Assembly (NCBI GenBank): GCA_963766175.1
Contig: CAVXZE010000001.1
Span: 257,555-321,554, forward strand
Source: an uncultured delta proteobacterium
GTDB lineage: Bacteria > Myxococcota_A > UBA9160 > UBA6930
Direction of reading: 5' to 3'
DNA length: 64,000 bases
In this document: one piece after another, positions 47,560 to 56,915 of the stretch
How the letters are laid out: every line of letters begins with the position of its first letter
How positions within the stretch are numbered: the stretch's first letter is position 1
Program-made: the position numbers and the translations under genes
The notes under the pieces: model-generated
The model's database searches: none
What the model was told of the DNA's origin: nothing
The model's input: the letters and a program-made list of their open reading frames with translations, nothing else

Positions 47560-47876
47560 CCAAGGAGTTTGCCAGCGTACTACTGGGATTGGGCTCAGGG
47601 CACTCCGTCGCGAGGGGCTGATGGAAGCTCCGCTAGACGGAAGGGCTTTCGCAGCTTGCCAACGCGCGACTTCCCGAGCAGCCGGCTCTGGATGTCCCGC
47701 GAGAGTGACCGCTCATGAAGAGCACTCGCACGTAGCTGCATCGGGTGCGGAGACTCGTCATCGCACCCGTATCGGCAGGGCCGGCAATCGGGGAGTCTAT
47801 CGGAGAGGCTCAACGGATCCCGGGCCATCGCAGCCGGCAAAATGCCCGTTTCAGGACGCCTTGAAGCGCAGCACCA

Positions 47877-49622
47877 CTATGACTCGGAGTGCTCCCGCGC
47901 CCGGGGACCTTTCGAGGCGCGCTTGGACACCGCGAGCGTGTGGTCTGATTCCGGTGAAGCCTCGCCCGCAGGGAACCAGAGCGTGAAGACCGCGCCGCCT
48001 TCCGGGCGGTTTTCCGCTTCGATCCAGCCCCCGTTCTGGCGAGCCAACTCCCAGCTGAGGCTGAGGCCCAGGCCGAAACGTCCAGGGCGGCCCGTCGTGA
48101 AGAAGGGGTCGAAGATGTGCGGCAGATGGGCTGCGGGGATGCCGGGACCTCGGTCGGACACGCTCACGACGGCGCCGCCCTCCCGATTGCCCAGCTCGAC
48201 CTCGATGACGGCGTCCTCCTCGCTCGCCTGGAACGCGTTCAGCAGCAGGTGAAAGACGATGTGCACCACCTCCGACTCGGCCGCGTAGATGGTCGGCACG
48301 CTCCCGGTGCGCTTCAGTCGGACCGCGATCTCCTTCCGACCGAAGCGCGCCATTGCCACGGCCCTCTCAGTCGGCCTTGAGAGATCGACAGGGTGTCGTA
48401 CCGATTCGTCGTCGCGTTTCTCGGCAAACATCCTGAGCTGCTCTACGATGAGCCGGATCCGTTCAACTCCTTCCCGGGATTCGGAGATCATCGTTTCGGC
48501 GTCTTCTGCCACCGAGTGGACCTCGGCCGGTAGGGCTCCGCGGCGGGTGGGATCCGCGGCCTCCTGGACGAAGGGCTCCAGGAGAGCCAGGTTGGCCGAG
48601 AGGTACGTCAGGGGGTTGTTCACTTCATGCGCAACGCCCGCGGCGAGGTGCCCAACTGCCGCCTGGCGATTCGTCATCTCGATTTCGCGCTCGCTCCGCC
48701 TCACCGCCGTGCGATCCGCGATCACCGCTCCGACACCTACGACCTGCCCTCGCCGCTTGAGCCAGAATCCCTCCGTTTCGAACTCCAGGGAGGTTCGGGC
48801 TCGCATCTCCTCGAGAACTTCGCCAATCGGGCGACCTTCCGGGTTTCCGCCCTCGAACCAGGTCTTCGCCGCGGCGTTGCAGTCCACCACCTGGCCGCGC
48901 CGGTCGGCAACGAGGAATCCCGTCTCCATCTGCTCGACGGCTTCACCTCGCGAGAACGGCAGGTAGTGAGCAGCCCACGTGAGGTCGAGCACGACGGTGC
49001 GGACGGCGACCGCTGACGCACCGAGCACGATCGGTGTAGGATCCAGATGCGGCACGCCGAGCCCCACGTAGGCCACGTTCGCGAGGAGGGGTCCCAGCAC
49101 TGCAACCGTGATCAGCCAGCGATCACTTCCGCTGCGAGGGACGCCGATGTCGGCGAGCGAGCGCAGGAAAACGTGCAGGCCGAGGAGAACCAGACTCCAC
49201 GCGTAGGCACCGTGGACAAAGAACAGCGGACCGTGCGTCGCCGGCTTGGCATACCAATCGAGAAAGAGCGTCGCCCGATCCCAGTAGAGCGCGGAGTAGC
49301 TCGCGAGCGGCAGGAGTGCGATCGCACCCAGGACCCACCACCGCTTCCGGACCCATCCCGGGGATCGCGCTTCCAGCGCACTCCAGAGCCACGCCGGCCC
49401 AAGCGCGCTCACGCCCAGAAAGAGAAGACGCCGAGCGGCAACTACATCGGATGGCGCCTCTGCGTGCCGAACGAAGAGCTCGCCCGCAGCCCAGCAAAGC
49501 GCGGCGACGGCGAGGGTCGCAACGCTCGCAATCCGGTGGCGCCATGCCGCTGCGACCAGGAGGTCGAGCGCGATCCACCCACAAACGCCAATCGTCCCGA
49601 CGAGAGCCAGCTCGTAGAGCAC
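47877..49622 (-). CDS. Sensor histidine kinase with N-terminal 7TM domain (7TM-PAS-HisKA-HATPase), copy 1
   Basis: 581 aa. Seven hydrophobic segments in the first ~215 aa, a PAS-like region, H-box HEVNNPLTYLSANL, and G-boxes DRGPGI and GLGLSLS. Confidence 0.85.
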   Translation of the reverse strand: MLYELALVGTIGVCGWIALDLLVAAAWRHRIASVATLAVAALCWAAGELFVRHAEAPSDVVAARRLLFLGVSALGPAWLWSALEARSPGWVRKRWWVLGAIALLPLASYSALYWDRATLFLDWYAKPATHGPLFFVHGAYAWSLVLLGLHVFLRSLADIGVPRSGSDRWLITVAVLGPLLANVAYVGLGVPHLDPTPIVLGASAVAVRTVVLDLTWAAHYLPFSRGEAVEQMETGFLVADRRGQVVDCNAAAKTWFEGGNPEGRPIGEVLEEMRARTSLEFETEGFWLKRRGQVVGVGAVIADRTAVRRSEREIEMTNRQAAVGHLAAGVAHEVNNPLTYLSANLALLEPFVQEAADPTRRGALPAEVHSVAEDAETMISESREGVERIRLIVEQLRMFAEKRDDESVRHPVDLSRPTERAVAMARFGRKEIAVRLKRTGSVPTIYAAESEVVHIVFHLLLNAFQASEEDAVIEVELGNREGGAVVSVSDRGPGIPAAHLPHIFDPFFTTGRPGRFGLGLSLSWELARQNGGWIEAENRPEGGAVFTLWFPAGEASPESDHTLAVSKRASKGPRAREHSES

Positions 49623-49984
49623 CGCCGCACCCCTTCAAGTGGGGCCTAGCGCGGACTCGCCCGCGAGGCGGTGTGCAGCATCACACCTATCGCTTCCACA
49701 TCGCGCAGCAGTACGGGTTCCGAGCCTGCGACCGCAGTGTGTCCGCGAGGCGTACTCCCTTGGATCGTGATGACCGCTACGGCTCCAGCGTGATCCAGCT
49801 CACGGTGTCCGCTGCGGTTCTGGGCGGAGGCGGCGAACGGCACCGTCACCTTCACTCGAAGATGTGGATGAGACTCCGGATGAGTTCAGCGAACAGACGG
49901 GTACAGCAGCTGTTGTGCGATCGATCACGCCGAGCTCTTCGCCGCGCACCGACCTCTCAGGGTGGGACTACAGAAGGGGGTTTC

Positions 49985-50716
49985 GTGGCCGGCCGAAAGC
50001 TGCTGCTCCTCATCGATGCGGGCGGCGAGTCGATGCACGTGCTCGCCTCGCGTGTCCGTCGCCTGGGCTACCTGGCGGTTCGTGCCAAGACCACGGAAGA
50101 AGCGAAGCAGTTCCTGTGTGATCCCCGCTACACCGTGAGCGCTGCGGTGATCCCACCGGACCTCCCCGCTGCGAACCTACGGTCCGCGCTCGAGGCGTTG
50201 CAGAAAATCTCCGCCGCTCGGCACCTCGTTTTCCTGGTGAGCGGGAGCTGGCCGCCATCCCGTACGCGCAGGGAGTTGGCGCACTCGGGCGTAGAGTTCG
50301 CGCTGTGGGAGCCGGTCGATGCTCACACACTTCGCTTTCAAATCAACCGCGCGATGGCTGGGCACATCCCCCGCGCCTCGCGGCGACGCGCGCTGCGGGC
50401 ACCCGCCTCCTGGTCCGTCGACCTCCGCGTGGGAAAGCGCCCCAAGGAGGCACGGGTCTATTCGATCTCCGCCAAGGGCGCCTTCCTGGCGACTCCCGCT
50501 CCCGCCCTGCGCCGCACGGTCGTAGCGGCGAAGATTCCCCTTCCCATGGCAACCGTGCGCACAATGGGACGTGTCGTCTTCACCAACGTTCCGGGCAACC
50601 TGATGAAGCGCAATCTACCCATCGGCATGGCCGTCCGCTTCGAGGGAACGCCTCCCGAGACGGAGGCGCTTCTTCAGGTCTACGCTGAGGAACGTCAGCG
50701 CGCGTTGGAGGTCTAG
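49985..50716 (+). CDS. Receiver-like domain fused to PilZ domain
   Basis: GTG 49985 was chosen inside ORF 49316-50716, because the upstream part is antisense to the kinase gene. The N-terminal fold KLLLLIDAGGE...VIPPDLP...FLVSG is receiver-like with a degenerate acidic pocket. The C-terminal PilZ motifs are RRRALR and SISAKGAF. Confidence 0.65.
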   Translation: MAGRKLLLLIDAGGESMHVLASRVRRLGYLAVRAKTTEEAKQFLCDPRYTVSAAVIPPDLPAANLRSALEALQKISAARHLVFLVSGSWPPSRTRRELAHSGVEFALWEPVDAHTLRFQINRAMAGHIPRASRRRALRAPASWSVDLRVGKRPKEARVYSISAKGAFLATPAPALRRTVVAAKIPLPMATVRTMGRVVFTNVPGNLMKRNLPIGMAVRFEGTPPETEALLQVYAEERQRALEV

Positions 50717-50937
50717 GGCCGGGCGTTCGGGCCGCCACGGTTGGTAGGGTCGGGGGCGGGCGCGGTAGCCCGTAGGATATCCCTTGGCCGTTGTGCGTCC
50801 TCACAATCGGTACTTCCCGAAATTGCTGGGCTTTTCTCCTCCTCGCTCTCGCCCGCCCAGCCACTCAGGGTACGGCAAGATCGAGGAAAGAATCAACCTG
50901 TGCCTGAGCGCGGGAATGGCGCAGCATCGCGCTCACC

Positions 50938-51078
50938 GTGCAGGCTTTGCTCGATCTCATGACCATGCTCCTTCGCTCTATGCTCGCCTTCTTCCGAAGC
51001 CGCAATCAGCAAGCAATCGTCGAACTGGCCCTGCGGCAGCAACTCGCAACCTACGCCCAGACGCGACCGAAGCCCAGC
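50938..51078 (+). pseudogene. N-terminal stub of a transposase-like gene truncated by the mini-IS
   Basis: LLRSMLAFFRSRNQQAIVELALRQQLATYAQTRPKP resembles the conserved N-termini (..ENLALRQQL..) of some rve transposases. The ORF runs directly into the mini-IS terminus at ~51078. Confidence 0.35.
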
Positions 51079-51348
51079 TGTGTTTCAGGACATTCTGGAG
51101 CGGAAGCGTTGCAGTTGCGATGCCCCTGAATTGATTGAGCTCTTCTATGATAGGCCTCGATTGCTGACTGAGATGTACTTCGGCAACGCGGACAGGGTGG
51201 TCATCGATCTTGCCGCCGCGCGGGTGAGGGCGAGCCAGGAGCGAATGAAGGCGAACCGGATGGCGACCTGTGGCGTCTGTGCAGGAGGTCATGATTTTGG
51301 GACGTCGCAATTCCAGCGGGGGGAGTGCGGAAGTTTCTGAGATGCAAC
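51077..51348 (+). mobile_element. 268-272-bp internal-deletion (MITE-like) derivative of the IS at 44364-45801
   Basis: The left ~75 bp parallels 44364-44437, including the IR tgtgtttcaggacattctgg. The right ~180 bp parallels 45623-45801, with the coding remnant EMYFGNADRVVIDLAAARVRASQERMKANRMATCGVCAGGHDFG and the right IR. Confidence 0.72.
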
Positions 51349-51363
51349 AGGGTGAGAAGTGGA

Positions 51364-53112
51364 TCAGGCCTCTCCGCGCAGTTCCGGCAACGCGACCCGG
51401 AAGGTCGTGCCAGCGCCGGGCTGCGAGTCGACGGTGATCTGGCCGCCATGGTTTCGGACGATCTGGTACGAGATGGAGAGGCCCAGGCCGGTCCCCTGCC
51501 CGACCGGCTTGGTCGTGAAGAAGGGATCGAAGATGTGCTCGATGGCGTCGTCCGGAATCCCGCAGCCCTCGTCCTCGATGGACACAATGACACAACCCGC
51601 TTCATACGCAGTACCTATGCGGATCGCGCCTTGCCGATCGATGGACTGGGAGGCGTTGATGAGAAGGTTGAGAAAGACCTGCTTGAGTTCCTGGGAACAG
51701 CCACCGACTTCGGGGATTTCCGCGTAGTAGCGCTCGATGCGACAGCCGGCCGGAAGCTGTGGCTTTGCCACCCGCAGCACCGCGTCGAGTAGGGGCTGCA
51801 AGGCGATGCGCTCGTGATCTCCGCCGTCGGCGCGGGAGAAGTCCTTGACGTCGCGAACGATGGTGGCGACCCGGTCCACACCCTCGACGCTCTCGTTCAT
51901 GAGCTCGCGCCCCTCTTCGATCTCCGCGTTGAGCTCGTGGACAAGCCTCGCGGAGAGCTTCGCGTGTACTGTGTCGAGGAGATTCACCATGGCACACAGG
52001 TTGGCGCGCACGTAGGCCATCGGGTTGTTGATCTCGTGGGCGATCCCGGCTGCGAGCTGGCCCACAGCGGCGAGGCGGTCGGATACGATGAGGCGACTGC
52101 GCAGGTTCGCGATTTCTCGCAGATCGCGCGCCACCAGGACTAGGCCGATCTGGTTCTGCTGTCTGTCGTAGAGTTGCGACATGGAGACCGATACCGGCAC
52201 TAGATCGCCGGCCAAGGAGCGCAAGAGGGTCTCTTGCTCGCGAAGCCCGTCCGAAGGATCGATCTCGGCCTCCTCCAGCAAGTCCGCCATGGTGCGACCC
52301 TCCAGGGTCCCAGGCTCGGCTCCGAGCAGCCGTTCCATTCCCGGATTGGCGATGCGGATGCGTCCGTCGAGGCGCAGCAGCGCGACGCCATCCGGTAGCG
52401 TCGTCAGGATCTTGGACGCGAAGGCTCCGGGCGCCATCAACGAGTAGCCGTAGCGGTAGAAGCTCCACGCCATCGCACCTACCAGCAGGGTGATAGCGGT
52501 TGTCCCCAGGCGGGGCGCGACATGCCCCATCGCAGGAAGCACACCGTCCGTCCACGTTCCGATCACCAGCGGTAGCGCGACCCCGGCGAACAGCATGTAG
52601 GCCTGGCGCCGCTCGGCCGATGGCGTCGTGGAGCGGAAGTCGCGAAGAGCGAGGAAAGCGCCCGCAAATAGCGTGCACGAGGTCAGGAGGTAGGCCGCCG
52701 GGAAGAGCGGGCCGACGGTGTAGCCCCAACCCCAATCGGTCTGCACGACGGAGGGGTGTAGCCAGGGCGTCGCGAGATCGAGCAGCACGAACGCGCCGGC
52801 AAGGCCGTAGAGCGAGGGAAGCAGCGGTCGCCAGCGAAGGGCTGGGTGACTCGTCAGAATGAGAAACAGATGCAGCGCGATCGGACCGATCGTTACCCAG
52901 CCCAACGAAGAGAGCTTGACGAGAAGAAGAACCGCCTGGGCGTCGTGGGCCGAATTCCAAAGCGCCTCACACAGCGCCCAGTGGGCGCCCGCCGCGCAGA
53001 GAAAGGCCCCCGTGCGGTTAGCGGGGTGGCGGGAATCGCGGACCAGGATCGCAGTCGCCAGGACGCAGTAGGCAACACAAGAAAGGATTGGCAGCAGGAC
53101 GAAGACCTTCAA
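51364..53112 (-). CDS. Sensor histidine kinase with N-terminal 7TM domain, copy 2 (paralog of 47877-49622)
   Basis: ORF open to 53292. A TTG at 53112 preceded by GGAG gives 582 aa, matching the 581 aa of the paralog. H-box HEINNPMAYVRANL, G-boxes DEGCGI and GTGLGLSIS. Confidence 0.85.
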   Translation of the reverse strand: MKVFVLLPILSCVAYCVLATAILVRDSRHPANRTGAFLCAAGAHWALCEALWNSAHDAQAVLLLVKLSSLGWVTIGPIALHLFLILTSHPALRWRPLLPSLYGLAGAFVLLDLATPWLHPSVVQTDWGWGYTVGPLFPAAYLLTSCTLFAGAFLALRDFRSTTPSAERRQAYMLFAGVALPLVIGTWTDGVLPAMGHVAPRLGTTAITLLVGAMAWSFYRYGYSLMAPGAFASKILTTLPDGVALLRLDGRIRIANPGMERLLGAEPGTLEGRTMADLLEEAEIDPSDGLREQETLLRSLAGDLVPVSVSMSQLYDRQQNQIGLVLVARDLREIANLRSRLIVSDRLAAVGQLAAGIAHEINNPMAYVRANLCAMVNLLDTVHAKLSARLVHELNAEIEEGRELMNESVEGVDRVATIVRDVKDFSRADGGDHERIALQPLLDAVLRVAKPQLPAGCRIERYYAEIPEVGGCSQELKQVFLNLLINASQSIDRQGAIRIGTAYEAGCVIVSIEDEGCGIPDDAIEHIFDPFFTTKPVGQGTGLGLSISYQIVRNHGGQITVDSQPGAGTTFRVALPELRGEA

Positions 53113-53319
53113 GACGGAGCTCCGAACTCTGACATCGGAGCCCCGGCGCCGCGCCTTGAAGTATCGGAGGCCGGAGGGCCAGACCGATCGGCTTGGGCGC
53201 CGGCCACATTGGGAGGGGACCCGGTGTGCCGGAGGGAGGGCGCTGCAACCGCCTGAAAAGGCTGGAGAAGACGAGCGAACTCGAACCGCCAACCTGTCGG
53301 TGAGAAAGGAACGTCAGCG

Positions 53320-54471
53320 GTGAAGGAATCCGCGAGCTTGCAGGCTCCCACATGGCAGGAGCCTGCAAGCGGGCCACTGAGCTGCACCGAGGGTGGCCTG
53401 CGGCCCCGGACGGTGGCCTACTCCGAGCTGATCTTCATGCTCTGCCATCTGTACTTCGAAGGAGAGGAAGCGAAGCGCTGCTGGGAGGAGATCGTCGCGC
53501 ACCGCGAAACCATGCAGGAGCGGTTGGGCTCGCCCGTCGACCTCCGCGTCGCACTCGCCAGCTACTTTCTGCAGGTCAATCGCAAGCTCGAGAACCCGAA
53601 GCTCATCGAGCTGAAGCTGTTTGAGGAGACCCGGGCTTCCGCCTACCGGGACGAGCTCACCGGCTTGTACAACTACCGTTTCTTCAGCGAGTTCCTGCGC
53701 TACGAGATCTCGAGAGCCGAGCGCACCAATACTCCGCTGTCCCTCGCCATGCTCGATGTGGACGACTTCAAGCACTACAACGATGAGAATGGTCACGAAA
53801 TCGGGAACGTGGCTCTACGGGAAATCGCCGGCTTGTTGACGGCGACCTTGCACAGGGCGGACATCGCGGCGCGCTATGGCGGAGAGGAGTTCGCCTTGAT
53901 CCTGCCCGCGACTCCCAAGAAGGGCGCTCAGGTCGTGGCCGAGCGGATCCGCGCGAAGATCGACGAGTACGGCTTCCCCAACCAGCAGACGCAGCCTGGA
54001 GGTAGGCTCACGGCCAGCGTGGGTGTGGCGACGCTTCCGGGCGACGCGCGAGAGACAGGCGAGCTGGTTGGCTGTGCGGACCGGGCGATGTATGCCGCAA
54101 AGGCCGAGGGGAAGAACCAGGTCCGCCTCTTCGGAAAAAGTTGCCGTTCCTACCATCGGGTCGGCGCCGATGTCGAGGGCTCCGTGCAGATCCTTGGGAG
54201 CGAGTTGATGCCCCTGACCTGCGTGGAGCTCAGCATGGGCGGGCTGCGCTTTCTCACGGATCGGAGGCCACCGCCAGGCGCCCTGATCGAGGTGACACTG
54301 AAATTGCCCGGGCCGCACGGGACGATCTCCGTGACGGGTCGGGTCGTTCAGGCGAGCTCGACCGACTCAGGCCGATTCGCAATCGGATCGCGGATACTGA
54401 GCATGGATGCAACGGATCAGCAGCGACTCACCAGCTACGTGAACCAGCTCACCGCACGCTCCGCCCAGTAA
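53320..54471 (+). CDS. Diguanylate cyclase (GGDEF, active-site GGEEF) fused to C-terminal PilZ domain
   Basis: DELTGLYNYRFF...LAMLDVDDFKHYNDENGH...RYGGEEFALILP. The C-terminal PilZ motifs are RSYHR and ELSMGGLRF. The start is uncertain: GTG 53320 or ATG 53437. Confidence 0.85.
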   Translation: MKESASLQAPTWQEPASGPLSCTEGGLRPRTVAYSELIFMLCHLYFEGEEAKRCWEEIVAHRETMQERLGSPVDLRVALASYFLQVNRKLENPKLIELKLFEETRASAYRDELTGLYNYRFFSEFLRYEISRAERTNTPLSLAMLDVDDFKHYNDENGHEIGNVALREIAGLLTATLHRADIAARYGGEEFALILPATPKKGAQVVAERIRAKIDEYGFPNQQTQPGGRLTASVGVATLPGDARETGELVGCADRAMYAAKAEGKNQVRLFGKSCRSYHRVGADVEGSVQILGSELMPLTCVELSMGGLRFLTDRRPPPGALIEVTLKLPGPHGTISVTGRVVQASSTDSGRFAIGSRILSMDATDQQRLTSYVNQLTARSAQ

Positions 54472-54691
54472 GATTGCAGGCAGCCGACTGCTGCCGGCGG
54501 AGGGCGGTGACGTGGTGTAGTGCGCCCATTGAGGCTCCCGTGTGATAGGAATGTCTCAAGCGTACCGCGTAGACTCATCTGCCCCTACGGTCAGAGAACG
54601 CAAGCAGTGGCGGGAAGCTCCGAGTATTTGACCGGGACAGTTGAGTGGAGGCTCCTCCTCTCTCAGCCATATCACCCATTAGAGTAGGGAA

Positions 54692-55519
54692 TTGTCACCC
54701 GCGCCGATCCAAAGGCTCCATGCCCTCCTCAAGCCCTACGCCAGTCGTGCCGAAATCAGGATTGCCATGGAAGCTCTCTCGGACTGGGTCCTGTGGCTCG
54801 GCAAGCTCTTCTTCGCGGTGGGCGGACTCGCCGCGGGCGTTGCCGTGCTGCGAGCGGCCCCGCCCGGCACGCGAGTGGGGTCTCACGCTCTCGGGGTCGG
54901 GGCCATCTTCATCGGCGGAATCGGCGTGGGGCTCTTCCCGATTGCCTCCAAATTCCCCGATTCACTCGCGGGTTACTCGATCTGGCTCATTGCGGAGAGC
55001 TTGATGCGTGCGGGGCTCGCGCTTCTGGGGTTCTTTCTGTGGCGTGTCTTTCGTCCCCGGAGCGCCGCAGCGCTGGCCGGCGCGGTGGGGTGCGTCGCGC
55101 CCCTGTTCGCGACTCTGGCTTGGGACCGGGTCGCCCAGCCGCGGTGGTGGGAGTACGACTACGCCCTCGCCAGTGCCTGCGCGGCACAGCTCGCCTTCGC
55201 CGTGCCCTTCGCGTGGTCCGCCGTCGAGACCGCGCTCGAGTGGCGGCGTTCGCAGAGGCGGGCGGCGCTCGGGCTGGCCGATCGCCAGGTCTCGCATCGT
55301 TTCCTTCTCTGGTGCGTCGCCACCAGCGCCTTCGTCGGGATCTGTCTCCTCGCCGTCTTGGTCGGCTGGCTCGGAGCCCACGGTTGGGCGGAGCCCGCCG
55401 CCGCGGCGAGGCTCGTGCGCGGCCTGCTCTATTTCGCCATCGTGGGCTCGCTCTGGCTCGGACTGAGCCCGCCCGCCTTCTACCGGCGTCGCTTCTTCGC
55501 CAGCGCTCCGGCAGCCTGA
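54692..55519 (+). CDS. Polytopic membrane protein, unknown function (~7 predicted TM segments)
   Basis: 275-aa ORF with repeated hydrophobic stretches (WVLWLGKLFFAVGGLAAGVAVL, LGVGAIFIGGIGVGLFPI, etc.). I recognise no motif. The start is uncertain. Confidence 0.55.
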   Translation: MSPAPIQRLHALLKPYASRAEIRIAMEALSDWVLWLGKLFFAVGGLAAGVAVLRAAPPGTRVGSHALGVGAIFIGGIGVGLFPIASKFPDSLAGYSIWLIAESLMRAGLALLGFFLWRVFRPRSAAALAGAVGCVAPLFATLAWDRVAQPRWWEYDYALASACAAQLAFAVPFAWSAVETALEWRRSQRRAALGLADRQVSHRFLLWCVATSAFVGICLLAVLVGWLGAHGWAEPAAAARLVRGLLYFAIVGSLWLGLSPPAFYRRRFFASAPAA

Positions 55520-55682
55520 CGCCGGTAGGGTCGAGGGCTGGCGCGGTGGTCCGTGAGGTCTAGGTCTTGTCTGTATCCCGGGTTTCCCCGCTCATGCCCG
55601 TGTAGACCCAACCGTGACTCCGTTTCCAGCCCAGCTGCGACTCAATAACTGGCCGTGATTCCACCAGAATCGCGTTTTCGGG

Positions 55683-56840
55683 ATGGACAGGTCGCAGGAT
55701 CCCGATCTGGTTCCGATGGTCTTGGAAGCGATGCGACGCTACGGGCCTCACGAGGTCCGAGCCGGGCTCGTGGCCTGCCAGCGCTTCCGGCTCACCGAAA
55801 GATCGCTGGATGGCGTGCTCATGTCGCTCAGCGATATCGAGGACGATGTCGCCGCATTTCATCTGAACGCGCTCATCGGGCGTGCTCCGGCCGATCTCCT
55901 GAATCGGCATGAAGCGCCCATCCTCGATGCACCGAACCTCCTTGCCGAGACCGCGGAGCGGCTTCATCGACGCCGCGAGCTCTACACTTGGCCTGCAGAG
56001 AAGCTCTGGAGTGAGCTCGAGGACCTCGCGGACCGATCGAGGGACCGATACGTCGGGGAGATCGATCACAGCTATGCCGAAGACCTGATCGACACACTCA
56101 GCGGCCACGCTGAGCCGGGCATCGCCAAGATCTGTGAGCTGCTGACGGCGGATGGCGCCTCGGATTGGCAGGAGATCTTCGTGGTCGAGCTCGCCGGGGC
56201 TCGAGGCATCCACGAAGCGATTCCCCGGCTCGTCGACAAGTTCCGCATCGACACGGACTACTTGCTGGAGTGCGCGGTACGAGCGCTCGCCCGCATCGGG
56301 GACCCGAGCGCCTCGCGTCTCATCCAGTCGGTGTTCTCTGCGGAGGACTGGAACTTCCGCAACTATGCCTCCGGCGTGTTGGCGGTCATCAAATCGGAAG
56401 CCTCCGAGGAGGCGCTCCTGGATCTGCTCGGCACCGAGCGCGACAGCGGCATCCGCGTTTGGCTCTGCCTGGGCCTCTGCCAGCAGTTCTCCCTGCGAGG
56501 CCTGCCGGTGATCCTGGAGGAGATCGATCGCGGCTACGATGAGAGCGCCGCCTCGTTGGAGCAGGAGGTGCTCCCCGTGGCCGGGTTGCTCGGTGTGGAG
56601 CTTCCGGAGGCCGACGCCTGGCGGCAGCGTGCGGAGGAGAGACGCGCCCGCTTCGAATCCCGGAAACTCGAGCTGGACACGCTGGCGTCCCGGATGAAGC
56701 CGGACGAAGACGAATTCGACCTCTTCGGCGAGTCTCCGGACACCTACCGCAGAACACAGCCGAAAACCGGACGCAACGCGCCCTGTCCTTGTGGGAGCGG
56801 TCGGAAGTTCAAGAAGTGCTGCGGTAGCCCCACAGGCTGA
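55683..56840 (+). CDS. HEAT-repeat protein with C-terminal SEC-C metal-binding motif
   Basis: PBS-lyase/HEAT-like repeats (AIPRLVDKF...[17 protein letters not shown]) and a C-terminal [19 protein letters not shown]. Confidence 0.7.
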   Translation: MDRSQDPDLVPMVLEAMRRYGPHEVRAGLVACQRFRLTERSLDGVLMSLSDIEDDVAAFHLNALIGRAPADLLNRHEAPILDAPNLLAETAERLHRRRELYTWPAEKLWSELEDLADRSRDRYVGEIDHSYAEDLIDTLSGHAEPGIAKICELLTADGASDWQEIFVVELAGARGIHEAIPRLVDKFRIDTDYLLECAVRALARIGDPSASRLIQSVFSAEDWNFRNYASGVLAVIKSEASEEALLDLLGTERDSGIRVWLCLGLCQQFSLRGLPVILEEIDRGYDESAASLEQEVLPVAGLLGVELPEADAWRQRAEERRARFESRKLELDTLASRMKPDEDEFDLFGESPDTYRRTQPKTGRNAPCPCGSGRKFKKCCGSPTG

Positions 56841-56915
56841 AGGCGATCCAGTCGCACGCGCGTGCGAGTTCCGCCGATCGAGAAACCGCTGTGGATGAAA
56901 CCGGAGAGCGCGAGA

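Noticed and set aside
49316-49984. N-terminal 223 codons of the 466-aa ORF 49316-50716
   Set aside because: This part overlaps histidine kinase 1 in antisense and is Arg/Pro/Ser-rich. The receiver-like fold starts only at the GTG at 49985, so the gene was shortened.
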